Origin: Eubacteriaceae bacterium
GTDB lineage: Bacteria; Bacillota; Clostridia; Eubacteriales; Garciellaceae
Direction of reading: 5' to 3'
Length of the DNA stretch: 57,581 nucleotides
NCBI GenBank assembly: GCA_012838085.1
Contig: DUPX01000119.1
Span: forward strand, 1-57,581
In this document: in pieces, positions 9,175 to 22,100 of the stretch
How positions within the stretch are numbered: the first letter of the stretch is position 1
How the letters are laid out: each line of letters opens with the position of its first letter
Notes under the pieces: model-generated
What the model saw: only the letters and a program-made list of their open reading frames with translations
What the model was told of the DNA's origin: nothing
Databases searched by the model: none
Position numbers and translations under genes: made by a program

Positions 9175-9897
9175 ATGGAAGAAAAAGTTAGAATAAATAA
9201 ATATATAAGTTCTACAGGATTTTGTTCCCGTAGGGAAGCAGATAGATTAATAGAAGAAGGTAAAGTCCTTATTAACGGTAAAAGAGCAATAAAAGGAACC
9301 ATGATAGGTCTTCTAGACGAAATAAGGGTAAATGGACAACTTTTAGGGTCAAAAGAGCAACCTGTTTATATTGCCTTTAATAAACCTAGGGGTATTATCT
9401 GTACTACAGATAGAAGAATAAAGGGTAATATTATTGATTTTATTAATTACTCAAAAAGAATATTTCATGTGGGGAGGTTAGATAAGGATTCCCAAGGCTT
9501 AATTCTTCTAACAAATGATGGGGATATTGTAAACAAGATTCTTAGGGCCAGCAATAATCATGAAAAAGAATATATAGTGACAGTGGACAAGGAGGTTACA
9601 ACAGAATTTATTAGGAATATGTCAAAAGGAGTGCCAATTTTAAATACCATAACTAAAGATTGCAAAGTATGGAAAATAAGTAAATATATATTTAAAATAG
9701 TTTTGACCCAGGGTTTAAATCGGCAAATAAGAAGAATGTGTGAATATTTCGGATACAATGTTGTGAAGCTAGAACGGATAAGAATAATGAATATAACATT
9801 AAAAAACTTACCTCTTGGTAAATGGAGGTATCTAACTCCCCATGAATTGAAAATTTTAAATAAGTTTATTTCAAGCGATAAAAATAGTATTAAATAG
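9175..9897 (+). CDS. RsuA/RluB/RluF-family rRNA pseudouridine synthase
   Basis: N-terminal S4 domain ([21 protein letters not shown]) and catalytic motif [19 protein letters not shown]. Confidence 0.85.
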   Translation: MEEKVRINKYISSTGFCSRREADRLIEEGKVLINGKRAIKGTMIGLLDEIRVNGQLLGSKEQPVYIAFNKPRGIICTTDRRIKGNIIDFINYSKRIFHVGRLDKDSQGLILLTNDGDIVNKILRASNNHEKEYIVTVDKEVTTEFIRNMSKGVPILNTITKDCKVWKISKYIFKIVLTQGLNRQIRRMCEYFGYNVVKLERIRIMNITLKNLPLGKWRYLTPHELKILNKFISSDKNSIK

Positions 9898-9932
9898 TTT
9901 GGAATATTTTTATCAACTAACTATTGATAAAA

Positions 9933-9962
9933 CTCCCTGAATCCGTGCTCGGATTTAGGGAG
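9933..9962 (-). terminator. Terminator downstream of mgtE
   Basis: 13-bp stem CTCCCTGAATCCG / CGGATTTAGGGAG with a TGCT loop. On the minus strand it is followed by TTTTAT. Confidence 0.65.
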
Positions 9963-10064
9963 TAACATCAAAAATGAATTTCTTTCTATTGGTCTATAAT
10001 ATTTAGTATAGAAGCATAATTTTCTTGCTAAAATTAGGTGGTCTGAAAATCAAATCATCTAATT

Positions 10065-11399
10065 TTATATTTTTAAAATTATTGAAGCTAGGGTAAAATA
10101 TAGTATAAGGGAAGCTGTATCAACTACTGTAGTAATTAGTGGTCCCGCCATAATAGCAGGGTCCAATTTTAGTTTTCTTGCTCCTAAGGGTAATATACCA
10201 CCTATTATCTTTGCCATAACTACAGTGGCAAAAAGTGTAATACTTACTGTAACAGATAGATTAAATGGAATTTTTTGAATAAAATAGGTCCTAAGAAAGT
10301 TAATCAATGCTAAAACAAAGCCTACCAAAGAACTTATTTGCAATTCCTTTAGCATTACTTTAAAGTAATCCCTAGTTTCAATTTCCCCCAATGCCATACC
10401 ACGGATAATTAAGGTGGATGACTGGGTACCAGCATTTCCACCTGTATCCATGAGCATGGGAATAAAGGCTGCAAGTACAACTACTGATTCTAATACTGTT
10501 TCAAAGTGATGAATAATATTTTCTGTAAAGGTGGCTGAAATCATGAGGATTAGCAACCAGGTTATTCTATGCTTTGAAAGGATAAAGATGCTAGTTTTAA
10601 GATATTCAGTTTCTGATGGCTGTATTGCAGCCATCCTTTGAAAGTCTTCAGTACTTTCCTGGTCAATAACATCTAAAATATCATCAAAAGTTATTATACC
10701 GATTAATCTATCCTCATTATCCACTACAGGCAGGGCCATAAAATCATATTTTTTAAAAATATGGGCTACTTCCTCCTGGTCATCATGGGTATGAACATAA
10801 ACAATATCTGTTTCCATTATGTCCTCTATAGTAGCTTCAGACTCGCTGATAACTAATGTTCTTAAGGATACTATTCCCTCCAATTTTCTATTTCTATCGG
10901 TTACATAACAGGTGTAGATAGTTTCTTTGTTAATACCTGTTTCCTTTATTAGAGCCATTGCTTCTCTTACTGTAATATATTTTCTAAACTCTACATATTC
11001 AATAGTTGTTAAACTACCTGCTGAATATTCTGGATAATTAAGGAATTGATTGATTAATTTTCTTTCTTCATATTTTGTATTTTTAAGTATTTTTTTTACC
11101 ATATTAGATGGCAATTCTTCTAAAAAGTCAATCATATCATCAAAGTATAGTTCATTCATAATATACTGGGTTTCTTTTTCTGTAATAGCATTTACTATAG
11201 TCATCTGATCATCGCTAGATAGAAAGGAAAAAACTTCAGCTGCCACATCTTTAGGTAATAATCTAAATAAGATTAATATCTCACTTTCTCCTAATTCATC
11301 AAATAATTCAGCAATGTCCACTGGGTTAAGGGTAATTACCTCTTCATGCACGTCTTTCCACTTTTTTTCATGTATTAATTGAAGGATTTTTTCTGTCAT
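10065..11399 (-). CDS. mgtE: Magnesium transporter MgtE
   Basis: MgtE N-domain, tandem CBS region and C-terminal TM domain with PMLMDTGGNAGTQSS. I prefer the start at MTEKIL (11399), which has an AAGGAGG SD. An M-box lies upstream. Confidence 0.9.
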   Translation of the reverse strand: MTEKILQLIHEKKWKDVHEEVITLNPVDIAELFDELGESEILILFRLLPKDVAAEVFSFLSSDDQMTIVNAITEKETQYIMNELYFDDMIDFLEELPSNMVKKILKNTKYEERKLINQFLNYPEYSAGSLTTIEYVEFRKYITVREAMALIKETGINKETIYTCYVTDRNRKLEGIVSLRTLVISESEATIEDIMETDIVYVHTHDDQEEVAHIFKKYDFMALPVVDNEDRLIGIITFDDILDVIDQESTEDFQRMAAIQPSETEYLKTSIFILSKHRITWLLILMISATFTENIIHHFETVLESVVVLAAFIPMLMDTGGNAGTQSSTLIIRGMALGEIETRDYFKVMLKELQISSLVGFVLALINFLRTYFIQKIPFNLSVTVSITLFATVVMAKIIGGILPLGARKLKLDPAIMAGPLITTVVDTASLILYFTLASIILKI

Positions 11400-11522
11400 A
11401 ATAAAGACCTCCTTGGCAGAGCCAATTATCCCCATAGATAGTTATGGCTCTAAAGTATTGATATGTTTTATATAAGCTTTTCCGGGGGACAGGCCCAGTA
11501 TCCATAACTATCACTCCCTTTC

Positions 11523-11549
11523 AAAAAAAAACTCTACTCAATGGTAGAG
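11523..11549 (-). terminator. M-box expression-platform terminator
   Basis: On the minus strand: CTCTAC-CATTGA-GTAGAG followed by T9. Confidence 0.7.
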
Positions 11550-11702
11550 AAAGTTTTCTTACATTGAGCTTTGGCACTGTAAAGCTTTGGCATTATAACC
11601 AGCTACATTAAAAATCACCTTCACGATAGTTTTTGTTAACCCATTGGAATCTCTAGATTTTTCTGGGCAGTAGCATATATCTTTACAGGAGCCTCACCTA
11701 AC
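11550..11702 (-). promoter_or_regulatory. M-box (ykoK leader) Mg2+ riboswitch
   Basis: The minus strand reads GTTAGGTGAGGCTCCTGTAAAG...CTACTGCCCAGAAAAATCTAGAGATTCCAATGGGTTAACA...AAGGTGATTTTTAATGTAGCTGG...CAGTGCCAAAGCTC. This matches the conserved M-box core as I recall it from B. subtilis ykoK, and it lies upstream of mgtE. Confidence 0.85.
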
Positions 11703-11772
11703 ATAGATATTTAGATTCTTAATAATATTATATTCCTTCAAAAAGACAAAAGTCAACAAAAGGTCAAAAGAT

Positions 11773-12807
11773 TTACTTAGAAATGCTCCTTTTATAGTTT
11801 TCATATGTAGCATTATAGGATTGTAACATTTTCTTTAAAAGATTTGGTGTGTCTAACTCATAGGGACAATTACTTTTACATTGGCCACATTCAATGCAAT
11901 TATTAATATTATCCATCTTCTCTCTCCATTCATCAGTCATAAAAGGCATAATGGGAGAACGATTTAACATATAGGACATTCTGGCAGCAACTGATATAGG
12001 TATTCCAACTGGACAGGGCATACAATAACCACAACCTCTACAAAAGCTACCAGCTAACTCTTTACGATCCTTTTCAATTATTTCTATCATTTCCTGATCT
12101 AAATTAGGAGGATTTCCTTCAAGGGATATAAATTCATCCAATTCCCATTCCCTTTGAATACCCCAAATAGGTACAACATTCTCATATTGTCTTAAAAAGG
12201 TAAAAGCAGAGGCCGCATTTGTAATAAGACCTCCAGATAATGCCTTCATAGCTATTAGTCCTATATTATGTTTTTTGCAAAGTTCTATTAAAGCTAAGTC
12301 CTCTTGGGAGGATATTGAAGATAGGGGAAATTGTACTGTATCATAAAGGCCAGAAAGGACAGCATCATTTGCAATATTTAGTTTATGATTGGTAATACCT
12401 ATAAATCTGGTTTTCCCCATTTCTTTTGCCTTTAACAATGCTTCGTAAAGACCACTTTTATGGCCAGGGACAGGCAAAAATGAAGGGTTATGTATTTGCA
12501 ATATATCAACATAATCAGTTTTTAAATTCTTAAGGCTTATGTCTATATGTTCTAATAATTCCTTACCTGTTTCTCCATGACTTTTTGTAGAAATAATTAT
12601 TTTTTCCCTAACATCAGAAAGTGCGTATCCTATCTTTTCTTCACTGTCACTATACTTTCTAGCGGTATCAAAATAATTTATTCCATTATTATAAGCTTTT
12701 CTTAGAAGATACTCAGCATCTTTTAAAGAAATTCTCTGTATAGGTAATGCTCCAAAGCTAGTGCGACTTACCATCAAATTTGTTCTTCCTAAAGATGTTT
12801 TTTCCAT
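11773..12807 (-). CDS. Aldo/keto reductase with C-terminal 4Fe-4S ferredoxin-type domain
   Basis: AKR fold (GINYFDTARKYSDSE, LQIHNP) plus Cys clusters CRGCGYCMPCP and CIECGQCKSNCP. Confidence 0.8.
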   Translation of the reverse strand: MEKTSLGRTNLMVSRTSFGALPIQRISLKDAEYLLRKAYNNGINYFDTARKYSDSEEKIGYALSDVREKIIISTKSHGETGKELLEHIDISLKNLKTDYVDILQIHNPSFLPVPGHKSGLYEALLKAKEMGKTRFIGITNHKLNIANDAVLSGLYDTVQFPLSSISSQEDLALIELCKKHNIGLIAMKALSGGLITNAASAFTFLRQYENVVPIWGIQREWELDEFISLEGNPPNLDQEMIEIIEKDRKELAGSFCRGCGYCMPCPVGIPISVAARMSYMLNRSPIMPFMTDEWREKMDNINNCIECGQCKSNCPYELDTPNLLKKMLQSYNATYENYKRSISK

Positions 12808-12936
12808 AGTAAACCCCTTTCTTAAATAAATCTACATATTTATTATATCATGATATATAATAATCTGCATATAAGTGGGATATTTAGACAGTAATAATGC
12901 TAAACAATTGCAAAAAACTCATAGGGAGGCTTTCCA

Positions 12937-13530
12937 TTGAAGAGATTAGAATTATCTTTTTATCAAAGAAATTCTGTACTATTAGCCCAAAAATTATTAG
13001 GGAAATATCTTATAAGGAATATAGGTGGGGATAGAATTATGACAAAGATTGTAGAAACAGAGGCATATATGGGACCTGAAGACAAAGCTGCCCATTCTTA
13101 TAATAATCGACGAACCCAAAGGACTGAAGTTATGTTCGGTCGCCCAGGTAAAGCCTATGTCTACATGATATACGGAATGTACTATTGTTTGAATATAGTA
13201 GCTGGAGAAGAAGAAATTCCAGAAGCGGTTTTAATAAGGGGGGTGGAACCTATAGAAGGAATAGAAATATTAAAGCAAAATAGAAAAATTAAGGGGAAAC
13301 AAATAAATAATTTAACTAATGGACCAGGAAAACTATGTGAGGCATTAGCCATAGATAAATCCTTAAATGGAAGTGATTTAGTTTTTGGAAATGAAATATA
13401 TATTCTAGATAGCAAGGAAAAGCCAGATATAGTTAAATCCAAAAGAATTAACATTGATTATGCAGAGGAATATGTGAATAAACTTTGGAGATTTTATATT
13501 AGAGACAATATCTTTGTATCTAGACCATAA
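12937..13530 (+). CDS. DNA-3-methyladenine glycosylase (Mpg/AAG family)
   Basis: IVETEAYMGPEDKAAHSY and VYMIYGMYYCLNIV motifs. The TTG start lies 7 nt after a GGGAGG SD. Confidence 0.85.
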   Translation: MKRLELSFYQRNSVLLAQKLLGKYLIRNIGGDRIMTKIVETEAYMGPEDKAAHSYNNRRTQRTEVMFGRPGKAYVYMIYGMYYCLNIVAGEEEIPEAVLIRGVEPIEGIEILKQNRKIKGKQINNLTNGPGKLCEALAIDKSLNGSDLVFGNEIYILDSKEKPDIVKSKRINIDYAEEYVNKLWRFYIRDNIFVSRP

Positions 13531-13544
13531 GAAGGGAAATAATA

Positions 13545-13584
13545 AAGAGGATTGGAGAATAACTTTTTCCAACCTCTTTTTTTC
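13545..13584 (+). terminator. Intrinsic terminator after mpg
   Basis: AAGAGGATTGGA pairs with TCCAACCTCTT (one bulge), followed by T7. Confidence 0.7.
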
Positions 13585-13640
13585 AATGTATAGATAAACC
13601 TAACTTCCATATAATACATATAAATTATTAAAACATAGGA

Positions 13641-16111
13641 GTGATTAAAATTAAGGCTGTTATTATGGCAGGCGGTGAGGGCACAAGACTTAGGCCCTTA
13701 ACTTGCCCCCTTCCAAAACCTATGGTACCAATCTTAAACATACCAATAATGGAATATATTATAAAGCTATTAAAAAGAAATAATATTGAGGAAATAGCAG
13801 TTACCCTTGCTTATCTACCAGATACCATTATGGATTATTTTGGAGATGGTGATGATTGGGGGGTAAAAATTAGTTATTTCATAGAAAAAAATCCCCTTGG
13901 AACAGGCGGTAGTGTAAGGAATGCCCAGGATTTTTTAGACGACACCTTTATAGTGATCAGTGGTGATGCATTAACTGATATTAATATAGCCAAAGCTATA
14001 GAATTTCACAGAAAAAAAAATCAAAGGCTACTCTAGTTTTGAAAAAGGAAGAGACCCCATTAGAATATGGAGTTATTATAACAGATGAAAAGGATAAGAT
14101 TATTAGATTTTTGGAAAAACCTAGCTGGGGTGAAGTTTTTAGTGACACTATAAATACAGGAATATATATTTTAGAGCCAGAAGTAATGGATTATTACAAA
14201 ATAGGTGATAAGTTTGATTTTAGTAAGGATTTATTTCCAAAACTACTTAGGGATGGGGTACCAATGTATGGTTATATTAGTAAGGATTATTGGTGTGATA
14301 TTGGAGATATAGGAACTTACACTCAATCTCAGTTTGATGTATTAAATGGAATGGTCGAAATAGATGATATTTTAAAGAACTATAAAGAAATAGAAGAGGG
14401 AGTGTGGTTGGAAAGGGGAATTCAATATAGTGAAGATGTAGAATTCCATCCACCTGTAATAGTAGGCCGTAATAGTTTTATAAAAGAAAATACTATTATC
14501 GGACCTAATTGTGTAATAGGTAGTAATTGTAAGCTAGGCTGTGGTACCAGCATAAAGAACTCTATAATCTGGGATAATACCTATTTGGGTGACAGGGTCC
14601 AATGTCGAGGAAGTATAATATGTAGTGATGTTGTCATAGGAGATAGGGTAAATCTATATCAGCAGTCAGTGGTAGGAAATGGGGCAAAAATAGAATCTGG
14701 AGCAACCATTAACCCTAATATAAAGATCTGGCCCTATAAAAACGTAGAAGAAGATACAGTAATTAATCAACACCTTATTTGGAAAGATAATGCAAGAAAA
14801 ATATTATTTGGTCATAGAGATATTACTGGTTTATTTAATATAGATATTACTCCTGAATTTGCGACTCAATTGGGTTCAGCTATTGCCTCCGACTTTTTAG
14901 AAAACAGGGGCCAATTGATAGTTTCCTCTGATTCAAATAAAGGGAGCTTAATGATAAAAGAAGCTATTAGTTGTGGCATTATTTCTACTGGAAAGAGTGT
15001 AATTGATGTAGGGACAGGCCCTTTGCCCCTCCATCGCTATGCAATTAAATACTTTAATGGACAGGGTGGGGTTTATGTCAGTGCAGAACTAGCAGATCAA
15101 AATAAAATCCATATTGAAGTTATGAATAATATGGGAGCAAATATTGAACGTTCAGTAGAAAGAAGAATAGAAAACATATTTAACAGGGGAGATTTTGAAC
15201 GGGTCAATAATGAACAAATATCAAGGGTGATAAGACAGCAAGACTTTTCCACCCAATACATTAATAAAGGTATTTCATTAATTAAAAATAAACAAATTTC
15301 AGAAAATAAAAGTGTAGTAATCGGATCTCCTTCCGATAATATTCTTTACTTAAGTAGTAAGATATTAGAATTAGCAGGATATAGGGTTTTGAAAATAAAA
15401 ACATCAGGCAATCCAAAGGAGTATAATCACTTTATAGAACATCAAGTGAAGTGTAGTAGTTCAAAAATAGGTGTGTTTATTTATGAAAGAGGAGATGACC
15501 TTATTTTATTTGATGGTAATGGAAGAAGGATCCAACAGGAGGACTATCAATTGCTAGCCCATCTATTATTATTAAAGATAGGTGGCTGTCAGGATTTAAT
15601 AGTCCCTCATACCTTTCCAGAGGTAATTGAGGATATTGCAAAGCAATATAATAGTAAAGTTATTCGCACCAAATCAGCCCCCTCCCAGGTAATGAATAAA
15701 ATGTTGTCGGTAAAAGGTGAGGAAAAGACTAAACTACTATCTTATGCAATGCATTATGATGGAATTTGGGCAGCGGCTATAATTACTGATTATTTATCTA
15801 GAGAAAATATAACCTTAGAGGAATTAAGAAAGGAAATACCAAAATATTTCTATAAAAAAGCCAATATACAATGTAAATGGGAAGATAAAGGCAGAGTACT
15901 AAAAGAGGTAATGTCTCAAAATAATAGGGAAGATTTAGAATTATTTGAAGGAGTAAAGTTTAAAAATAAAAAAGGATGGGCAATTGTACTTCCTGATAGT
16001 GAAAAACCATTAATTAATTTATATGTTCAAGGTGCTACAGAGGAATTTGCAGAAGAACTATCAATTCTTTTTACGGATCAAATTAAAAGATTAATTGATG
16101 GAAAAAAATAA
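13641..16111 (+). pseudogene. Fused sugar-1-phosphate nucleotidyltransferase / LbH / phosphohexomutase (ManC-PMM-like), interrupted by a frameshift in a poly(A) tract
   Basis: ORF 13641..14036 carries [11 protein letters not shown] and [12 protein letters not shown] 14039..16111 continues the same domain (PLEYGVIITDE, FLEKPSWGEVFSDTINTGIYILEP), then LbH repeats and a PGM/PMM-like region. Adding one A to the run at 14012..14020 gives a continuous [23 protein letters not shown]. Confidence 0.8.
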
Positions 16112-16149
16112 AATATAAAAACTTATTATAGATGGAAGGATAGACGGAT

Positions 16150-19100
16150 ATGATTGAAATTAATGATGTGCTACTTAGCCCTGAACAATTACAACAGCAT
16201 GGGATACGGATTGCAGAAAACCATAGACTATCTTCCAAAGAAAAAACAGCTGTTTCCTTAAAGGGTAGATTAAAGAAAAATTACGATGAGATATTTAATA
16301 TATATAAAAATTTGAACAAGGATATAAAAGAGGATATTTATTTAACCCCTCCTTGTGAATGGCTACTGGATAATTTTTATATCATAGAGAACCAAGTAAA
16401 AAGTATTTATCATGGTTTAAGTAGAGAAAGAACACAGAAATTAAAAGTTTTAGATAATAATAATTTTAAGGGTATTTTAAGAATTTATGCCCTTTCTTTA
16501 GAGATGGTTTCCCATAGTGATGGCAGGATTGATGAAAAACTGATTTTAGATTTTTTAGAGGCATATCAAACAAGAAAGACCCTTACAATAGCTGAATTAT
16601 GGGTATTGCCTTTAATGCTAGTTATAGCTTTAATTGAAAATATTAATATTATATCTAAGAAGGTTGAAAATTCCCAATCCCAATTAAGGATAATAAAAGA
16701 ATGGGAAGGATTAGAAAAGGAACATTTGTTTATTAGCATAAAAAAACATATAGAAACCAAAAAGAGTATTCATCCAATATTAGCTGAATTTCTTGTTAAG
16801 ATACTTAAAAAAAATAGTATACATAATAAGGAATTTGAGGCCTATCTTTTAGAGAAATTAGAAAAAAGGGAAGAAAATATAGAGGATATCATACAACAAT
16901 CCTACCATCAGCAAGCTGCTAGAAAGGTTTCAATTGGCAATTCTATTACCAGTATTCATACTATAGAAAATCTAAACTGGAATAATATAGTGGAGAAGCT
17001 TTCTGTTGTAGAAAGAATATTAAGAATGGATCCTGCTGGAATCTATAGTCGAATGGATTTTGAATCTAGAGATTACTATAGAAGAGAAATTATTGCTATA
17101 GCTAAAGAATGTGGAGTAGCAGAAAGTTATGTGGCCAAGAAGGCTATAGATTGTGCTAAAAACTTTGCCGACAAAAATGTAATTTTAAAAAGAAAGCATG
17201 TAGGCTTTTATTTAATTGATAGTGGAAAAAAACAATTATATAATTCCCTTGGAAAAAAAAATAGAGTAGTTATTGTGGAAAAATTATCCTCATATACTCT
17301 ACCAATTTTTATTTCTATAGCTTTTTTAGCAACTCTTTTAGGAATTTATGGGTACTTCAAATATATGGAGAATAATCCAAGTGTAGCAAATGGAGTTAGT
17401 TTAAGTGGGTTTATAATCTTATTATCCCTAATACCCCTTAGTGATATTAGTATAGGTTTATATAATTGGCTCCATATTAAAAATACAAAACCTAGGTTTG
17501 TTCCAAAATTAACCTTTCCTAATGGTATAGGGGAAGAAAATGCCACTCTTATTGTTATGCCTACTCTCCTTAGTGATCCAGAAGATGTGGAAGGGACAAT
17601 AAATCAATTGGAGGTTCACTATCTATCTAATAGAGATGAAAACTTTTACTTTGCAATAGCTGGAGATTTTATCGATGGAGACAGGGAACACTTATCTCAG
17701 GATCAAGAAATTTTAGATAGAGCAAAGATAGCAATAGAACACTTAAATAAGAAATATGAGAAAAATCCTTTTTTATATTTCCATAGACATAGAATAAAGT
17801 CAGAAACACAAAACAGATGGATGGGCTGGGAAAGAAAAAGGGGTGCACTTATAGAATTAAATAACCTATTAAGGGGAGAAAAAAACACATCCTATAGTTA
17901 TATTGTAGGAGACCTAAGTAAACTTTCCAAAATAAAATATGTAATAACATTAGATAGGGATACTATTTTGCCCATAGAGGAAGGAAAAAAGTTAGTGGGA
18001 GCTATAGCCCATCCCCTCCACCAGCCTATTATAAATACAGAAAAGAATGTTGTGGTGGAAGGATATGGATTAATTCAGCCAAGAATTAACCTTGATATTA
18101 AGAGTGTCAATAAAACATATTTGTCCAGAATATTTGCAGGTCAGGGTGGAATTGATCCCTACACAACAGCAATTTCAGATGTTTATCAGGATTTATTCGG
18201 AGAGGGTATATTTACTGGTAAGGGAATATATCATATTGATACATTTCGTAAATGTTTAGGTGATTCCCTACCTACTAATTCAATTTTAAGTCATGATTTA
18301 TTAGAAGGTAGTTATTTACGAACTGGCTTAGCCAGCGATATTCAATTAATAGATGGATATCCCTCAAATTATAATTCCTATATGGCAAGATTACATCGTT
18401 GGGTAAGGGGAGACTGGCAGCTAATACAGTGGCTATCTAATTGGGTAATAGATGGTAAGGGTAAAAGGGTTAAAAACCCTATAAACAGCATATCCAAGTG
18501 GAAGATATTAGATAACCTTAGAAGGAGTCTAGTCTCTACATTTAATTTAGCTTTTATTATATTAGCCCTATTATTTTTCCCTGGAAATATTTTTGTTTGG
18601 TTAGTATTACCATTGTTTTCAATATTCTTTCCAACAATATTAGGAATTTTTAATCTCTTGACCAGAAAGGATAGGATAATAGCAAGGGAGAGGTTTAATG
18701 GTAATATGGTTTTCGGCTTAAAGGCATCTCTATACCAGAGTCTACTCTCCTATATATTTTTAGTTCACCATAGCTATGTAATGATGGATGCTATAATTCG
18801 AACTTTATATAGAGTCAAAATTTCTAATAAAAATCTGTTAGAATGGAAAACTGCAGCAGAGGTAGAAAAGGATATTACAAATGATACTCAAGGTTACTTC
18901 ATAAGGATGAAATGGTCTTTTTTAACTTCCATTCTCTTTATATTTTTTTCTTTATGGGCAAACCCTCTAAGATTTTCTATAGCAATTATCTTATCCCTAC
19001 CTTGGTTATTTTCCCCATTTATTGCCAAAAAGGTTAGTGAAGAAAAAGTTCTAATTGAAGATATAAGAAAAGAGGATAAAATTGTTTTGGATAGATTATG

Positions 19101-22100
19101 TAGAAAAATGTGGGCATATTATGAAGATTTTGCTGGGGAACAGGATAACTTTTTACCTCCTGATAATTATCAAGTAGAGCCTCACAATGGTATAGCTCAT
19201 CGCACCTCCCCCACCAATATAGGATTTCTATTAATGGCTATATTATCAGCCAAGGACTTTGGATATATTACTATATTGGAAATGTTAAAGAAGATTAAAG
19301 ATACACTTACCACCATAAAAAAACTGAAAACATGGAATGGGCATCTATATAATTGGTATGATACCCAGTCATTAGAGGTATTAAATCCCCACTATATATC
19401 TACAGTTGATAGTGGAAATTTCATAGCATATTTAATGACACTAAAAGCGGGACTAAAGGAATGTTTGAATAGCAATCTTATTAATATAAACAATGTTAAA
19501 GGATTGGCAAGTGTCTTAAGATTAAGCAGAGTAAAAGATTCGGGTATCATAAAGAATATTATTGATAAAAGTGAAGAGGAGAGTATTTCATTACAAGAAT
19601 GGATAGATCTATTGGAACTTGCAGACACAATAGAGTGTAGTGATGAGTATTGGTATAAAAAGCTAATTATTCTGGTAAATGAAAGTAAATATTTATTGAG
19701 AAAATTCTTTCCAAAAATATTATTAAACAAAAGAAAAACATTAGACAAAGAAGTTATAAATTCTTTAGATTTTATTCAAAAAAATAATAGCCTATTAGAT
19801 TTAGAGATAAGCTATAAGGAACTTAGGGTAAGACTAATAAATTTAGATCAGAATGAAAATAGAACCATTGATTTAGATATAAAGGAAATAATAAAAGATT
19901 TAGAAGGATGCTTAGAAAATATAGATCAGGTAAAAAATAATATCTATGATTATATAATGGATGTTAAAAATATTATAAAAGACACAGATTTTAGTCAACT
20001 ATATAGTGAAGAAAGACAACTTTTTTCTATTGGTTATAATGCCCAAGAAGAAAAGTTAACAGATTCATATTATGATTTGTTAGCCTCGGAAGCTAGAATA
20101 ATAAGTTATTTAGCCATTGTCCAAGGTAAGGTACCTAAAAAACATTGGTTTAAACTTAGCAGGCCATTAACAAAGGTAAATGGCTACCAGTCATTGGTAT
20201 CTTGGACCGGCACAATGTTTGAATATTTAATGCCTCCACTTATAATGAATCATTATGAAAATACATTATTATCTGAAACTTATAAAACAGCAGTAGCGGC
20301 ACAAATAAAATATGGAAGGGAAAGAAAGGTGCCTTGGGGGACTTCAGAATCTGGATATTATGCCTTTGACCTATCCCTAAATTATCAATATAAAGCTTTT
20401 GGAGTGCCAGAACTGGGGTTAAAGAGAGGATTAAAAACTGACATGGTGGTTTCCCCTTATTCCAGCTTATTGGCCTTACCTATTGCACCGATAGAGGCTA
20501 TGAATAATATCTATGACTTAATAGGATCAGACCTTGAGGGTAAATATGGCCTATATGAAGCTGTAGATTATACAGTAAAACGTCTACCTCGAGGACGAAA
20601 TAAAATGATTATAATGAGTTTTATGGCCCATCATCAGGGTATGGGTATCATGGTATTAAATAATATGCTAAATGATAATATAATGAAAAAAAGATTTCAT
20701 AGCCATCCAGTTATAAAAGCTGGAGAAAGCTTATTACAAGAAAAGGTCCCATTAGGTGTAATAACAACAAAGGATTATAAAGAAGAAATTCAACCAATGG
20801 ATCAAGAAGATAGAAAAGTTAATGAGGTTGATATTGAAAGAATATTTGAATGGGCACCCGAAGAACCTCCCCACTACCATATCTTAACTAATGGTTTTTA
20901 TCAGGTAATGATAACAACCCTTGGCACAGGTTTTAGCAGGGCAGGAGATATGCAGATAACTAGATGGAGAGAGGGTTCTCATAATAATTACGGAAACTTT
21001 ATTTTTATAAAAAATCTAAAGAATAATAAAATATGGTCTACTACAGAAAGGCCTATAGGTAAAAAAACAGATAAATACAGGGTGGTATTTTCTGAAGATA
21101 AAGGAGAATTTATTAGAAAGGACGATAACATTGAGTGTCATACAGAAATAGTTATTTCTACAGAACATCCTGTTGAAATAAGAAAACTGACAATTACTAA
21201 CCACGAAACTTTGGAGCAGGAACTGGAAGTTACTAGTTATCTAGAACTAGTTTTGGCGCCCCAGTCAGCAGATATTGCCCATCCTGCATTTAATAATTTA
21301 TTTGTAAGAACAGAGAAAATGGAGGGAATAGATGGAATAATGGCCTCCAGAAGGCCTAGAGGTGATTTTAAAAAGGAAAATTGGTACTTCCATATTTTAA
21401 CTATAGATGGTAAAAGGATAGGGAACTTTGAATATGAAACATCCCGAAACAACTTCATTGGTAGGGCTAGAGTACTATCTAATGCAGAGAAGTTGCATTT
21501 ACCTTTAGATAATAGCATAGGTGCAGTATTAGACCCTATTATAAGCCTTAGATCTAAGGTAAAAGTACCAGCACAGGATAGTATAACTTTGACCTTTGTA
21601 AATGGAATAGGGGATACTAAAGAGCAGGTCCGCTTGCTAGCATTAAAATATAGCGAACCATTATCTGTAAAGCAGGCATTTCAATTGTCTAAGATAAGAA
21701 ATCAAATTCAGGTACAAAATTTAGATATGAGTTTAAAAGAGATTATCCTCTACCAGGATATGTTATCCCATATTTTAAAATTAAGTCCCTTAAGAAGAAA
21801 GCTATCTGATTATCTAAAACAAAATGCCCAGGGACAAAACTGCTTATGGGCCTACGGCATATCTGGTGATTTGCCTATTGTATTGATTTCAGTATCAGCC
21901 ATTCACGAAATGGATATGGTAGAACAGATTATAAAGGCACATAAATATTGGAGAACGAAGGGATTAAAGGTGGATTTAATTCTACTTAATGAAGATGAAA
22001 GTAGTTATTATCAGCCTTTAGAGGAGATGTTAAAAGAAGAAATATTTAATTTAGGTTGTGGAGACTTAATTAACCAGTACGGTGGGCTTTTCATCTTAAA

